Notes: generated by a model not told the origin, from the sequence alone. A stretch of 64,000 nucleotides of DNA from Candidatus Omnitrophota bacterium (GCA_042577285.1 JBHPDM010000003.1:825-64824); one strand, 5' to 3'. Shown: positions 19,231 through 28,489, counted from the stretch's first letter. Translations and numbers: made by a program.

Positions 19231-21303
19231 ATGCCTAAGAAAATAACTATAGCATTAGCCGGTAATCCCAATTCAGGAAAGAGTTCTGTATTTAATAATC
19301 TCACCGGGGCGCGCCAGCACGTCGGTAATTACCCCGGGGTGACGGTAGAAAAGAAAGAGGGGGTCTTGGCCTATAAGGGTCACCAGGCAAATGTGGTAGA
19401 CCTGCCCGGCACTTACAGTCTTAGCGCATATTCGATAGATGAGATCGTCGCCAGAAGTTTTCTGATAGAGGAGACCCCGGATGTAGTGATCGATATCATC
19501 GATTCATCAAACCTGGAAAGAAACCTCTACCTGGCAGTGCAGATTATGGAGCTGGGCATTCCCCTGGTCTTAGCTTTTAATATGCATGATCTCTCTCAAA
19601 AGCAGGGCCTGCAGATCGATAGAGAGAAATTATCGGAGCTTCTGGGAAGCCCGATCGTCTTTACGGTAGCTACTAAGAAGAGGGGTATGGATGAATTAGT
19701 CGAGGAGGCGATTAAAATAGCGGGAGGCGCTCGCCGTCAGAGAAGCGCTGCTATCGGCTACGGTAAAGAAATAGAGGAAGAGATCGCTAAATTAGAGGAG
19801 TTGATCGCAAAAGATAAGGACTTGGTGCTTAAGTTTCCTGTACGCTGGCTGGCGACCAAGTTGCTTGAGGATGACAGCGAGGTGGTCAAAAGGGTTATGG
19901 GCACCTGGTGTTATCAGGAGATCATTGCCCAGGCGCAAAAGAGTATCGGACACTTAAAGGGGGTTTTCGGGGATACGCCGGAATCAGTGATCGCGGACAG
20001 GCGCTATGGTTTTATCAGCGGCGCCTGCTCAGAGGCAGCCAGAAGGACCTATGAAGTGCGCCACAGCGTTTCAGATAAGATCGATAATGTAGTAGCCAAT
20101 AAGATATTGGGTCTGCCGATACTACTGGGGTTGATGTGGCTGGTATTTAAATTCACTTTCACCTTCAGTGAGCCGATGGCGGCAGGAATCGAGTCTATGC
20201 AGGCGCTATTAGGGGCCGCCGTAGGCGGATTCCTGCCTCAAGGCAGCGTAATCCGATCTTTAGCCGTCGAGGGGATAATCGGTGGAGTGGGAAGCGTTTT
20301 GGTGTTTGTGCCGATGATCTTTCTTTTATTTTTAGCTTTAGCCTTTCTGGAAGATTCGGGGTATATGGCAAGGGCGGCTTTTATTATGGATAGACTTATG
20401 CACAAGATCGGCCTGCACGGCAGGTCTTTTATTCCTATGCTTTTAGGCTTTGGTTGTAATGTGCCGGCGATCTTAGCGACGCGCAGTATCAGGGATAGAA
20501 GGGCGAGGTTTGTGACGATGTTGATCATTCCGTTTATGAGCTGCGGAGCAAGGCTGCCGATTTATACGCTTTTTGTGGGAGCTTTCTTTGCGCAAAGGTT
20601 GGCGGGCAACGTGTTATTTTCCCTGTATTTCCTTGGTATAGCCGTAGCGATTATAATCGCGAAGCTTCTGCGTAAATATATATTTAAAGGGGAGGCAGCC
20701 GCTTTTGTGATGGAACTGCCTGCTTACCGGATACCGACCTTAAAAGGACTCCTGCTCCATATGTGGGCCCGTGGCTCTGCATATTTGAAGAAGGCAGGAA
20801 CGGTTATCTTTGTCGGCTGCATCCTGGTCTGGTTCTTGGGCAGCTTTCCCAGGCAGGCGCAGGATCCCGGCGCGGCAAAGAATCTGGAGCAGAGTTATCT
20901 GGGTAGGATAGGAAAGGGTATTGAGCCGGTATTCAGGCCTCTGGGTTTCGGGGAGTGGAGGATCGGTGTCGGACTCATCGGCGGGCTGGTGGCAAAGGAG
21001 GTGCTGGTAGGCACCCTGGGGACGCTTTATTCAGTCGGTGAGGTGGGACACGCCTCAGAATCACTGCGCCGGGAGTTAAGGGGCGCCGCTCGGCCCGACG
21101 GCAGTAAATTATTTACACCGCTCTCTGCTTTTGCTTTGATGGTATTTGTTTTATTGTATATGCCCTGCATTGCCGTGATCGCGGTGATCAAGAAAGAGAC
21201 TGATTCCTGGCGCTGGCCGGTATTTACAGCGATTTACACCACCCTGGTCGCATGGATAGCTTCTTTTATCGTTTATCAAGGAGGAAGGTTATTGGGCCTA
21301 TGA
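19231..21303 (+). CDS. feoB: Ferrous iron transporter B
   Basis: N-terminal G domain (GNPNSGKSSVFN, DLPGTYS, NMHD) followed by the polytopic membrane domain. Confidence 0.95.
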   Translation: MPKKITIALAGNPNSGKSSVFNNLTGARQHVGNYPGVTVEKKEGVLAYKGHQANVVDLPGTYSLSAYSIDEIVARSFLIEETPDVVIDIIDSSNLERNLYLAVQIMELGIPLVLAFNMHDLSQKQGLQIDREKLSELLGSPIVFTVATKKRGMDELVEEAIKIAGGARRQRSAAIGYGKEIEEEIAKLEELIAKDKDLVLKFPVRWLATKLLEDDSEVVKRVMGTWCYQEIIAQAQKSIGHLKGVFGDTPESVIADRRYGFISGACSEAARRTYEVRHSVSDKIDNVVANKILGLPILLGLMWLVFKFTFTFSEPMAAGIESMQALLGAAVGGFLPQGSVIRSLAVEGIIGGVGSVLVFVPMIFLLFLALAFLEDSGYMARAAFIMDRLMHKIGLHGRSFIPMLLGFGCNVPAILATRSIRDRRARFVTMLIIPFMSCGARLPIYTLFVGAFFAQRLAGNVLFSLYFLGIAVAIIIAKLLRKYIFKGEAAAFVMELPAYRIPTLKGLLLHMWARGSAYLKKAGTVIFVGCILVWFLGSFPRQAQDPGAAKNLEQSYLGRIGKGIEPVFRPLGFGEWRIGVGLIGGLVAKEVLVGTLGTLYSVGEVGHASESLRRELRGAARPDGSKLFTPLSAFALMVFVLLYMPCIAVIAVIKKETDSWRWPVFTAIYTTLVAWIASFIVYQGGRLLGL

Positions 21304-22043
21304 AAAAATTATTTATATCGGCGTTCCTTTTAGGTACCGCTTTAATTTTGAGTTCCTGTGTAACAGCCCCCACTACACCGCTGGCGTATCCTCTGGTTCC
21401 CCGGCCTCTGGCATTAAGGGCTGATGCGATCCACCTGGTTGCTCCGGGAGAAACGCTCTGGCGGATAGGTAAGATGTATGACGTCAGGATCGATGATATA
21501 ATGCGTGCCAATGTGCTAAGGGATGAAGAAAAATTAGAAAAGGGACAGCGCCTTCTGATCCCCGGGGCCGCACCACTGGTCCCGGTGGTAACACTTTGCC
21601 CCTCCAGGAAATGGAAATATATAATTATTCACCACAGCGCAACCGGTGCAGGTAATTCATTAGATTTTGACCGTTCTCATCAAAGCAGGGGCTGGAAGGG
21701 GATAGGATATCATTTTGTGATCGATAACGGAACCAAGGGCAAAGAGGACGGCCAGTTGGAGACTTCTCCCCGCTGGCTCAAGCAGCAGAATGGTTCGCAC
21801 TGCCGGGCCTCAGGAATGAACGGCAAAGCAATCGGGATCTGCCTGGTGGGAAACTTCAGTAAAGAGCGCGTTTCGCAAAAACAAATGGATTCTCTGATTT
21901 ATTTAGTGAATCGTTTGAGGATTTATTATAAAATACCCTTAAAGCGTATAATCGGCCATGGCAAGGTTACCGGGGCGAGGACAGAATGCCCGGGTAAGAA
22001 TTTTCCCTGGAGGGAATTTTGGAGCCGGCTAAAACAAGGTTAG
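21300..22043 (+). CDS. Lipoprotein with a LysM domain and an N-acetylmuramoyl-L-alanine amidase (amidase_2/AmpD-PGRP type) domain
   Basis: Signal peptide plus lipobox (LILSSC), LysM (HLVAPGETLWRIGKMYDVRIDDIMRAN) and amidase_2 motifs (IIIHHSAT, GYHFVID, CPG). An ATGA overlaps the feoB stop. Confidence 0.85.
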   Translation: MKKLFISAFLLGTALILSSCVTAPTTPLAYPLVPRPLALRADAIHLVAPGETLWRIGKMYDVRIDDIMRANVLRDEEKLEKGQRLLIPGAAPLVPVVTLCPSRKWKYIIIHHSATGAGNSLDFDRSHQSRGWKGIGYHFVIDNGTKGKEDGQLETSPRWLKQQNGSHCRASGMNGKAIGICLVGNFSKERVSQKQMDSLIYLVNRLRIYYKIPLKRIIGHGKVTGARTECPGKNFPWREFWSRLKQG

Positions 22044-22058
22044 GAGAAGATAAGTAGA

Positions 22059-22697
22059 ATGCGTAAACTTATCGTCGAGGAACTAAAACATCACGCACCC
22101 TTTACTGCGCTGGGCGCAATTTCAGGGATCGCGATCATGATCTTCTTCCGTAATATACCGGCATCCTTATCTTATAATATTTTCTACGTCCTGCACCCGG
22201 CACACGTTTTGTTAAGCGCCCTGGTCACTGCCTCGATGTACGGGTTGCATAAGTGCGGGATGATCAAGGGCAAATGCAATCTCTTCACGCTGCTTGTGAT
22301 CGGCTATGTCGGCTCGATCGGGATAGCTACTTTAAGCGATTCTCTGATCCCCTATATCGGGGAGGTCCTGCTGGATCTGCCTCACCGGCATGTCCATATC
22401 GGTTTTATTGAAAAGTGGTGGTTGATCAATCCGTTGGCAGTGATCGGCGTGGCCATAGCCTATCGGCGGCCTGGGACTAAATTTCCGCATTACGGACATG
22501 TCCTCCTGAGTACCTGGGCATCCCTTTTTCATATTATTATGGCCCGGGGAGGAGATTTCGGCTGGGCTGCCTATCTGGGGGTATTCGTGTTTTTGTTTAT
22601 AGCAGTCTGGGTCCCATGCTGCGTAAGCGATATAATCTTTCCGCTTCTTTTTGTGAAGGAGAAGAAGGGAAGGGATGGTGCCGAGAGGGGGAGTTGA
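22059..22697 (+). CDS. His-rich polytopic membrane protein of unknown function (possible metal transporter)
   Basis: It has about 6 hydrophobic segments and several His pairs (HH, HPAH, HRHVH, HYGH). The last ~7 codons overlap the tRNA-Leu gene on the opposite strand. Confidence 0.5.
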   Translation: MRKLIVEELKHHAPFTALGAISGIAIMIFFRNIPASLSYNIFYVLHPAHVLLSALVTASMYGLHKCGMIKGKCNLFTLLVIGYVGSIGIATLSDSLIPYIGEVLLDLPHRHVHIGFIEKWWLINPLAVIGVAIAYRRPGTKFPHYGHVLLSTWASLFHIIMARGGDFGWAAYLGVFVFLFIAVWVPCCVSDIIFPLLFVKEKKGRDGAERGS

Positions 22698-22761
22698 ACC
22701 CCCATGAGGTTGCCCTCACTAGCTCCTGAAGCTAGCGTGTCTGCCATTCCACCATCTCGGC
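22676..22761 (-). tRNA. tRNA-Leu (anticodon CAG), type II with a long variable arm and encoded CCA
   Basis: The reverse complement is GCCGAGA..CTAGC-TTCAGGA-GCTAG..GGGGG-TTCAACT-CCCCC-TCTCGGC-A-CCA. The cloverleaf was checked by hand. Confidence 0.9.
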
Positions 22762-22787
22762 AAGATGGTATCAAGTATAACCTACCC

Positions 22788-22816
22788 TTGTAATTCTGTC
22801 AATCCCATTATATAAT
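22788..22816 (+). promoter_or_regulatory. Sigma-70-type promoter for the AEC transporter gene
   Basis: TTGTAA, a 17-nt spacer, then TATAAT. Confidence 0.5.
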
Positions 22817-22832
22817 ATAGCCCCTTAAGGAG

Positions 22833-23795
22833 ATGCGTATGTTTATGCAGTCATTACAGATAACCATAACTGCGGTCGCCCAGATATTTGTGCTTGGGGC
22901 GATCGGCTATTTTCTGGTCAAAAAGGGAAGATTAGGCACGGCCTGCCTTGATACCTTGAGCCGGCTGGTGATCGAGGTCACCCTGCCGCTTATGATCTTC
23001 TGCCAGCTGGCCAGGAAGTTCAGCTTCAGTCAGTACCCGGATTGGTGGATCTTTCCCTTGATCAGTATTCTGATCACTGGCTCAGGGCTTTTGCTGGGTT
23101 CATTATTTGGTAGGTTTGCAAGTAACCCTAAGGATAGGGGTCAGTTTACGAGCTTGATCGCTTTTCAAAATTCTGGTTATCTGCCTCTGGCGCTGGTAGC
23201 GGCGCTCTTAAGCGGTAGTCAGGCAGATACTATGTTTATTTATCTCTTTTTGTTTCTCTTAGGCTTTAATGCTTCGGTATGGTCTTTGGGCGTATATCTG
23301 CTTGCCCCGTCAAGGTCCGGGCGTCTGGGATTGGCGAGGTTCTTCAGCCCGCCGGTGATCGCGACGATTTTAGGCCTGCTCTTTGTTTTCGCCGGGGCGG
23401 ATAGATTCTTTCCGCAGGCCCTCTACCGGCCCTTGAGCATGGTCGGTGACTGTACGCTTCCCCTGGCACTCTTTGTGGTCGGGGGGAATCTGGCCAGGGT
23501 ACACTTAGGGAGTATTAATAAGAGGGCGATGGCCTTTATGGTACTCTTGAAATTGATCGCTCTGCCTGCATTGGGCCTGGGTCTGATCATACGCTTTAAT
23601 CTGCCTGAATTGATCGGGCTTTTGATACTTATAGAGTTGGCAGTACCTCCGGCAACCTCCCTTTCTCTGATCACAAGTCACTACCGGGAGAAGGATAAGT
23701 TGATCAGTCAGGGTATCTTCTTCGGACACATCGTCAGTATCATTACGATCCCTGTATTTTTGAGTTTATATTTTATGCTGGTTATGGTAAAATGA
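22833..23795 (+). CDS. AEC (auxin efflux carrier) family transporter
   Basis: About 10 TM segments with the typical AEC N-terminus (..ITITAVAQIFVLGAIGYFLVKKG). The start could be 22833, 22839 or 22845. Confidence 0.75.
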   Translation: MRMFMQSLQITITAVAQIFVLGAIGYFLVKKGRLGTACLDTLSRLVIEVTLPLMIFCQLARKFSFSQYPDWWIFPLISILITGSGLLLGSLFGRFASNPKDRGQFTSLIAFQNSGYLPLALVAALLSGSQADTMFIYLFLFLLGFNASVWSLGVYLLAPSRSGRLGLARFFSPPVIATILGLLFVFAGADRFFPQALYRPLSMVGDCTLPLALFVVGGNLARVHLGSINKRAMAFMVLLKLIALPALGLGLIIRFNLPELIGLLILIELAVPPATSLSLITSHYREKDKLISQGIFFGHIVSIITIPVFLSLYFMLVMVK

Positions 23796-24253
23796 CTAAG
23801 ATAGTCGCTAATAACCGCAAGGCGCGCAGGGATTACCATGTTTTAGAGAGCGTTGAATGCGGCATAGAGTTAAAGGGGAGCGAAGTCAAGTCTTTAAGGG
23901 AGGCCAGGGTGAACCTGGAGGATGGTTTCGCGCGTATTGATAATAAAGAAGTCATATTATATAATACGCACATAAGCCCTTACGAACAAGCCAGTTACTT
24001 AAACGTTGACCCTATCCGGCCGCGCAAGCTTCTCTTGCATAAGCGTCAGATAAATAAGCTGGACGCTCAAACCGCTCAACGGGGATTTACGCTGATCCCC
24101 TTAAAGGTATATTTTACTGAGCGGGGGCTGGCTAAGTTGGAATTAGGGCTTTGCAAGGGTAAGCAGCTTTATGATAAGCGCAGGGATGTAAAACGCCGGG
24201 AACAGGACCGGTATTTACGCAGAGCAGTAAAGAATCGAAAAAGGAAGAAATGA
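23792..24253 (+). CDS. smpB: SsrA-binding protein
   Basis: NRKARRDY.., GIEL.GSEVKSLR and a basic C-terminal tail. It lies immediately upstream of ssrA. Confidence 0.95.
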   Translation: MTKIVANNRKARRDYHVLESVECGIELKGSEVKSLREARVNLEDGFARIDNKEVILYNTHISPYEQASYLNVDPIRPRKLLLHKRQINKLDAQTAQRGFTLIPLKVYFTERGLAKLELGLCKGKQLYDKRRDVKRREQDRYLRRAVKNRKRKK

Positions 24254-24299
24254 TCCCTCGCCTCCGACAGTAAATAATAGACGCTCGGGATCATTTTTT
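24252..24299 (+). terminator. Intrinsic terminator-like hairpin after smpB
   Basis: GATCCCTCGC..(21-nt loop)..GCTCGGGATC with an internal UC/UC mismatch, followed by TTTTTT. Confidence 0.55.
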
Positions 24300-24326
24300 C
24301 GAGAAGTGAACGACTAAAAAAAATGA

Positions 24327-24737
24327 GGGGGTGAAAGGGTTCGACCTGAGTAATCAGGGTAAGAGTAGCATGCCGCGGACGCAGGGTTGGCCGCGTTAAC
24401 AATCCTTGCACAATATAAACGCAAACAGAACATCGTTAAACCGCGTTTTTGCACAGCAGCCAGTAATGGTTGCTGCGCCTTTCGCGGGCGTTCCAGTCTT
24501 CAGCCCCCAGTAGGGTTGAAGCCTCTATCCATCCTGCCTACGGGTTGAAATAGAGACTACAGTAGGATAGCTTCGGTAAATTAGCCTTTGGGGCCGAAGC
24601 GAAATTTTAAAAGGCTGCGCTTTGCAAATCCTGCCCTGTAGGAGTTGCAAAGTCAACTTTAATATGCAGGGCTAAGCATGTAGCGGCTTTTATTCTATTA
24701 TCCAGGGACGCCGGTTCAACTCCGGCCACCTCCACCA
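24327..24737 (+). ncRNA. ssrA: tmRNA (transfer-messenger RNA)
   Basis: The 5' end GGGGGTGAAAGGGTTCGAC and the 3' end GGACGCCGGTTCAACTCCGGCCACCTCCACCA form a tRNA-Ala-like acceptor and T-arm. The gene follows smpB. Confidence 0.9.
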
Positions 24738-24742
24738 AATTT

Positions 24743-24944
24743 TTCCGACAAGGAAAAATTTGGTGGATGCCAAAACGAGCGTAGCGAGGCGACAAGCCGA
24801 GCAGCGAGTGTGGCGCCACCACCGTTTTTACCATTTCCGACAAGGAAAAATTTGGTGGATGCCAAAACGAGCGTAGCGAGGCGACAAGCCGAGCAGCGAG
24901 TGTGGCGCCACCACCGTTTTTACCATTTCCGACAAGGAAAAATG
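24743..24944. repeat. Perfect 92-bp tandem direct repeat, 2 full copies plus a 17-nt third start
   Basis: The units 24743..24834 and 24835..24926 are identical by eye. The third copy (24927..) shares TTCCGACAAGGAAAAAT and then becomes the amidase ATG. Confidence 0.85.
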
Positions 24945-26012
24945 AAAATCAAATCAATCGTCCTCCTTCTGATCGTTTTATTATTTTACGGATGCGCCAC
25001 AGTCCCGGTCAGGGAAGCGATCCCCACTTACAGGATCGAGGGAAACTCATACTTTTCCTTAAGCGAGCTTTGTAAGGCCAGGGGTATCGATTGGGATTAT
25101 GATACCTTTACCAGGCGGATCTCTTTGACCAAGGGCGCACAGAGGATAAACCTTACCGTCGGGGGAAAGTTGGCCTTAGTAAACGGCAAGGCCAAGCGCC
25201 TTAGGCATCCGGTGCGTTTGCATAGGGGTGAGTTGGTCATTCCGCGCAGGTTTAAAGAGGGTGTTCTGGATACTCTTTTTAAGTCCAGGGGCAAGAGTAA
25301 AACCTGCCCTGCCTGGTCAAGGATCAGCAAGGTAGTTATCGATCCCGGCCATGGAGGAAGAGATCCGGGTGCAATAGGAAGAAAGGGCTTAAGGGAGAAG
25401 GATGTCAACCTGGATATCGCCAGGAAATTAAAGAGCTTATTGGAGGCCGAAGGTATCGAGGTGTTGATGACGCGTTCAGCGGATACATTTGTTTCGCTCC
25501 CCCGCCGCGTCGCTATCGCTAATGATTCAGGGGCGGATTTCTTTTTGAGTATCCACGCCAATGCAAACCGCGTGCGCAGCCTCAGGGGGTTTGAGGTTTA
25601 TTATGTATCTTTGCGCGTAGGGGACAGCCAGCGGGCGGTCTCTAGCGCCCGGAAGGCGGATTTGGATCCGCAGATCGGCACTATCGCCGCAGATTCCTTG
25701 AGCCTTAGGGCGACCCTCTGGGATATGATCTATACGCAGGCACGCAGAGAGTCTATAGAGCTGGCGCGGTTCGTCTCCGGCAGCGTCAACCGTGATCTGG
25801 GGATGAGGGTGATCGGAATAAAAGACGCTAATTTTCATGTCTTAAAGGGGGTACACATGCCGGCGGTATTACTGGAGGTAGGTTTTTTATCAAACTATTC
25901 CGAAGAGCGTATGCTTGGGAATAGCTACCACCGGCAGCAGATAGCTGAGGCGATCGCCGGTTCCTTAAAGAATTATGACAGAGAATTTACTTTGATTCAA
26001 AAGGGTATTTGA
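24942..26012 (+). CDS. N-acetylmuramoyl-L-alanine amidase (amidase_3, AmiC-like) lipoprotein
   Basis: MKIKSIVLLLIVLLFYGC lipoprotein signal and amidase_3 motifs (VVIDPGHGGRDPGA, FLSIHANA, LLEVGFLSN). The track ORF's extra N-terminus (24810..) reads through the tandem repeat and is rejected. Confidence 0.9.
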   Translation: MKIKSIVLLLIVLLFYGCATVPVREAIPTYRIEGNSYFSLSELCKARGIDWDYDTFTRRISLTKGAQRINLTVGGKLALVNGKAKRLRHPVRLHRGELVIPRRFKEGVLDTLFKSRGKSKTCPAWSRISKVVIDPGHGGRDPGAIGRKGLREKDVNLDIARKLKSLLEAEGIEVLMTRSADTFVSLPRRVAIANDSGADFFLSIHANANRVRSLRGFEVYYVSLRVGDSQRAVSSARKADLDPQIGTIAADSLSLRATLWDMIYTQARRESIELARFVSGSVNRDLGMRVIGIKDANFHVLKGVHMPAVLLEVGFLSNYSEERMLGNSYHRQQIAEAIAGSLKNYDREFTLIQKGI

Positions 26013-26806
26013 TGAGGCCTATAGGAGTATTTGATTCCGGAGTGGGGGGCTTGACGGTAGTCAAAGAACTGATCCGTCAACTCCCGCACGAAGACATAGT
26101 TTATTTCGGAGACACCGCCCGCGTCCCTTACGGGATAAAATCCAGGGAGACGGTGATCCGTTTTTCGACTGAGAATATCCTTTTCTTGCTTAAGCATGAA
26201 GTCAAGCTGGTCTGCGTAGCCTGTAACACCGCTTCAAGCGTCGCGCTTCCGGCGATCAGGAAGCATTTCCGTGTTCCGATCGTTGGCGTGATCGACCCCG
26301 GCGTACGGGAGGCGGTCTATGCCACCAAGAATAAATCGATCGGCGTGATCGGCACCTATACGACCGTCGGAAGCGGCGCCTATGAAAAAGGAATATTGCA
26401 GCTTGACCGTAAGATCAAAGTCATATCCCGGACCTGTCCCTTGTTTGTCCCTCTTGCCGAGGAGGGGTGGTTGAAGGGAAGAATCGTAGAGGAGATCGCC
26501 AGGATTTATCTTAGACCCCTTAGGAAGGCGCGCGTGGATACGGTGATCCTGGGCTGTACTCATTACCCTCTGCTTAAGCCGGTGATCAAAGAGGTTTTGG
26601 GAAAGCAGGTTATCCTGATCGATTCAGCCAAACAGGTAGCGGTCGAGGTGAAAAAGATTTTGGATTCAGAGAATCTGTTAAATAAAGGCCGCAGGGCCGG
26701 CCGCCGCAGTTTTTATGTCAGCGATAATTCAGAGGGGTTCTCTAAGTGGGCGGAGAGATTCCTGGGCCGGAAGGTAAACGGAGTAAGAAGGGTGAATAAT
26801 GTATAG
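26009..26806 (+). CDS. murI: Glutamate racemase
   Basis: IGVFDSGVGGLTV, VVACNTAS-like VCVACNTAS and GCTHYP motifs. Confidence 0.95.
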   Translation: MMRPIGVFDSGVGGLTVVKELIRQLPHEDIVYFGDTARVPYGIKSRETVIRFSTENILFLLKHEVKLVCVACNTASSVALPAIRKHFRVPIVGVIDPGVREAVYATKNKSIGVIGTYTTVGSGAYEKGILQLDRKIKVISRTCPLFVPLAEEGWLKGRIVEEIARIYLRPLRKARVDTVILGCTHYPLLKPVIKEVLGKQVILIDSAKQVAVEVKKILDSENLLNKGRRAGRRSFYVSDNSEGFSKWAERFLGRKVNGVRRVNNV

Positions 26807-27155
26807 CGTAAGGGTAGAGGGGGATTTCAGCTCTGCGCACAACCTGCGGGAATATAGAGGAAAATGCGAGGAGCTGCACGGGCACAACTGGAAGGTGGAG
26901 GTCAAGGTCTGCAAAGAAAAGCTTGATCCCTGCGGGATGGTCATGGATTTTACGGAGCTTAAAACCTGCCTGAATAAAGTCCTTGAAAAATTAGACCATA
27001 AGCACCTGAATAAGATCCAGTATTTTAAGAAAGTCAATCCTACTTCGGAGAACATCGCTAAGTACATCTTTGATAATCTTTTGGCTGATCTAGCGGGTAT
27101 CTCTTCTGTGACAGTTTGGGAGAGCCGGAACAGCCGCGCTACATATGCTCGATGA
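26799..27155 (+). CDS. queD: 6-carboxy-5,6,7,8-tetrahydropterin synthase
   Basis: F.SAH.L..Y.GKCE.LHGHNW pattern. It is the first gene of the que cluster. Confidence 0.92.
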   Translation: MYSVRVEGDFSSAHNLREYRGKCEELHGHNWKVEVKVCKEKLDPCGMVMDFTELKTCLNKVLEKLDHKHLNKIQYFKKVNPTSENIAKYIFDNLLADLAGISSVTVWESRNSRATYAR

Positions 27156-27811
27156 AGAAGGCAGTAGTTTTATTATCCGGGGGTCTGGATTCAGCGGTTA
27201 CTCTTTTTTTAGCGAAGCAACGCAGGTTCAAGCCGACCTGCCTGATATTTGATTATGGCCAGCGCCACAGAAGAGAGATCAACGCGGCAAAGAGTATAGC
27301 AGAGAAGGCTCGCTGTCCCTGGAAGTTGATCAGGATCAAACTGCCCTGGAAGGGCTCTGCTCTTTTAGACTGTAAGATTTCCATAGCGCGCAAGTCAAGG
27401 GGGGGGAGCGGGATCCCCTCGACTTATGTGCCGGCGCGCAACATCATATTCTTAAGCTTTGCGTTATCCCTGGCAGAGACGATCGCTGCCCGGGCGGTAT
27501 TCATCGGCGCACATTCTCTTGATTACTCCGGGTATCCTGACTGCCGGCCGGAGTTCTTCCGCGCCTATTCCAGCATGATCCGCAGCGGTACAAAGAGCGG
27601 CGCAGAAGGTCAGGGGATCAGGATCTGTACGCCGTTAATAAAGAGCACCAAGGCCGGGATAATCAGGAAAGGCAAGCGCCTTAAAGTTCCTTTTCACTTG
27701 ACCTGGTCCTGCTACCAGGGCGGTAAGAAGCCGTGCGGAGAGTGTGATAGCTGTTATTACAGAGACAAGGGGTTTAGAGGGGCCGGATTTAAGGATCCTC
27801 TATTAAAATAG
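27152..27811 (+). CDS. queC: 7-cyano-7-deazaguanine synthase
   Basis: PP-loop LLSGGLDS and a C-terminal Cys cluster (CGECDSC). The start is set at ATG 27152. Confidence 0.92.
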   Translation: MKKAVVLLSGGLDSAVTLFLAKQRRFKPTCLIFDYGQRHRREINAAKSIAEKARCPWKLIRIKLPWKGSALLDCKISIARKSRGGSGIPSTYVPARNIIFLSFALSLAETIAARAVFIGAHSLDYSGYPDCRPEFFRAYSSMIRSGTKSGAEGQGIRICTPLIKSTKAGIIRKGKRLKVPFHLTWSCYQGGKKPCGECDSCYYRDKGFRGAGFKDPLLK

Positions 27812-27814
27812 GAT

Positions 27815-28489
27815 ATGAAGGGAAAAATCGCCGAGATCTTTTACAGTATCCAGGGGGAGGGGCTTTACCTTGGCGCAAGGCAGCTCTTTGTGCGCTTTTT
27901 TGGCTGCAACTTAAAGTGTAAGTTCTGCGACACGAAGCTAAAGTCTTTCAAGGAATATGAACCCGAGGAGTTAGCGAAAGAATTAACCGGGCTTTACCGT
28001 AGCGGCTGCCACTCCATATCTTTTACCGGCGGAGAGCCGCTGATGCAGAAGGATTTCCTAAGATCGGCTTTAGAGATTATCAAGCAGAGGCCGGTAAAGA
28101 TTTACCTGGAGACAAACGGTACCCTTCCGGAGGCGCTAGGGGAGGTCATAGACCTGTTAGATATTGTGGTAATGGACCTGAAGTTGCCCAGCTCTACGGG
28201 GCTAAATGATTTCTGGGAAGAACACCGCAGGTTTTTGAAGCTCGCAAGCAAAAAAGATGTATTTTTGAAGGCAGTGATATGTAATTCCACCCGTGAAGAT
28301 GATTTAGAGAGGGCCTTGGCCCTGATCAGTGATACCGATAGAGAGACGATGTTAGTCCTGCAGCCTAACGCTTATGAAGACCATAATCACCTGCAGGAAA
28401 AGCTGCAGGGATTTAAGGATATAGCGATGAAGCGCGATATAATCAGTTTTATCATCCCGCAGGCGCATAAGATGCTGGGGATCAGATAA
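27815..28489 (+). CDS. queE: 7-carboxy-7-deazaguanine synthase (radical SAM)
   Basis: EIFYSIQGEG and a CNLKCKFCDT radical-SAM cluster. Confidence 0.9.
   Translation: MKGKIAEIFYSIQGEGLYLGARQLFVRFFGCNLKCKFCDTKLKSFKEYEPEELAKELTGLYRSGCHSISFTGGEPLMQKDFLRSALEIIKQRPVKIYLETNGTLPEALGEVIDLLDIVVMDLKLPSSTGLNDFWEEHRRFLKLASKKDVFLKAVICNSTREDDLERALALISDTDRETMLVLQPNAYEDHNHLQEKLQGFKDIAMKRDIISFIIPQAHKMLGIR

Noticed and set aside
22676-22697. The 3' end of the His-rich membrane protein ORF overlaps tRNA-Leu on the opposite strand by 22 nt.
   Set aside because: This is probably just a permissive C-terminal tail running into the tRNA gene. Convergent overlap of this size is not unusual and nothing else marks the site.
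24607-24941. Track ORFs 24607..24843 (-) and the N-terminal 44 codons of 24810..26012 (+).
   Set aside because: They read through the tmRNA 3' end and the 92-bp tandem repeat. The amidase has a proper lipoprotein signal starting at ATG 24942.
24743-24944. Considered the tandem repeats (92 bp here, 15 bp at 46721..46819, and ~30 bp at 36351..36590) as a possible CRISPR array.
   Set aside because: The repeats are contiguous with no unique spacers, two of the three are in-frame coding repeats, and no cas genes are present.
24737-26012. Considered a prophage or genomic island integrated at ssrA.
   Set aside because: There is no integrase or phage-like gene downstream. The next genes are a cell-wall amidase, murI and the que operon. 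Only the short repeat scar is unusual, and it is reported separately.
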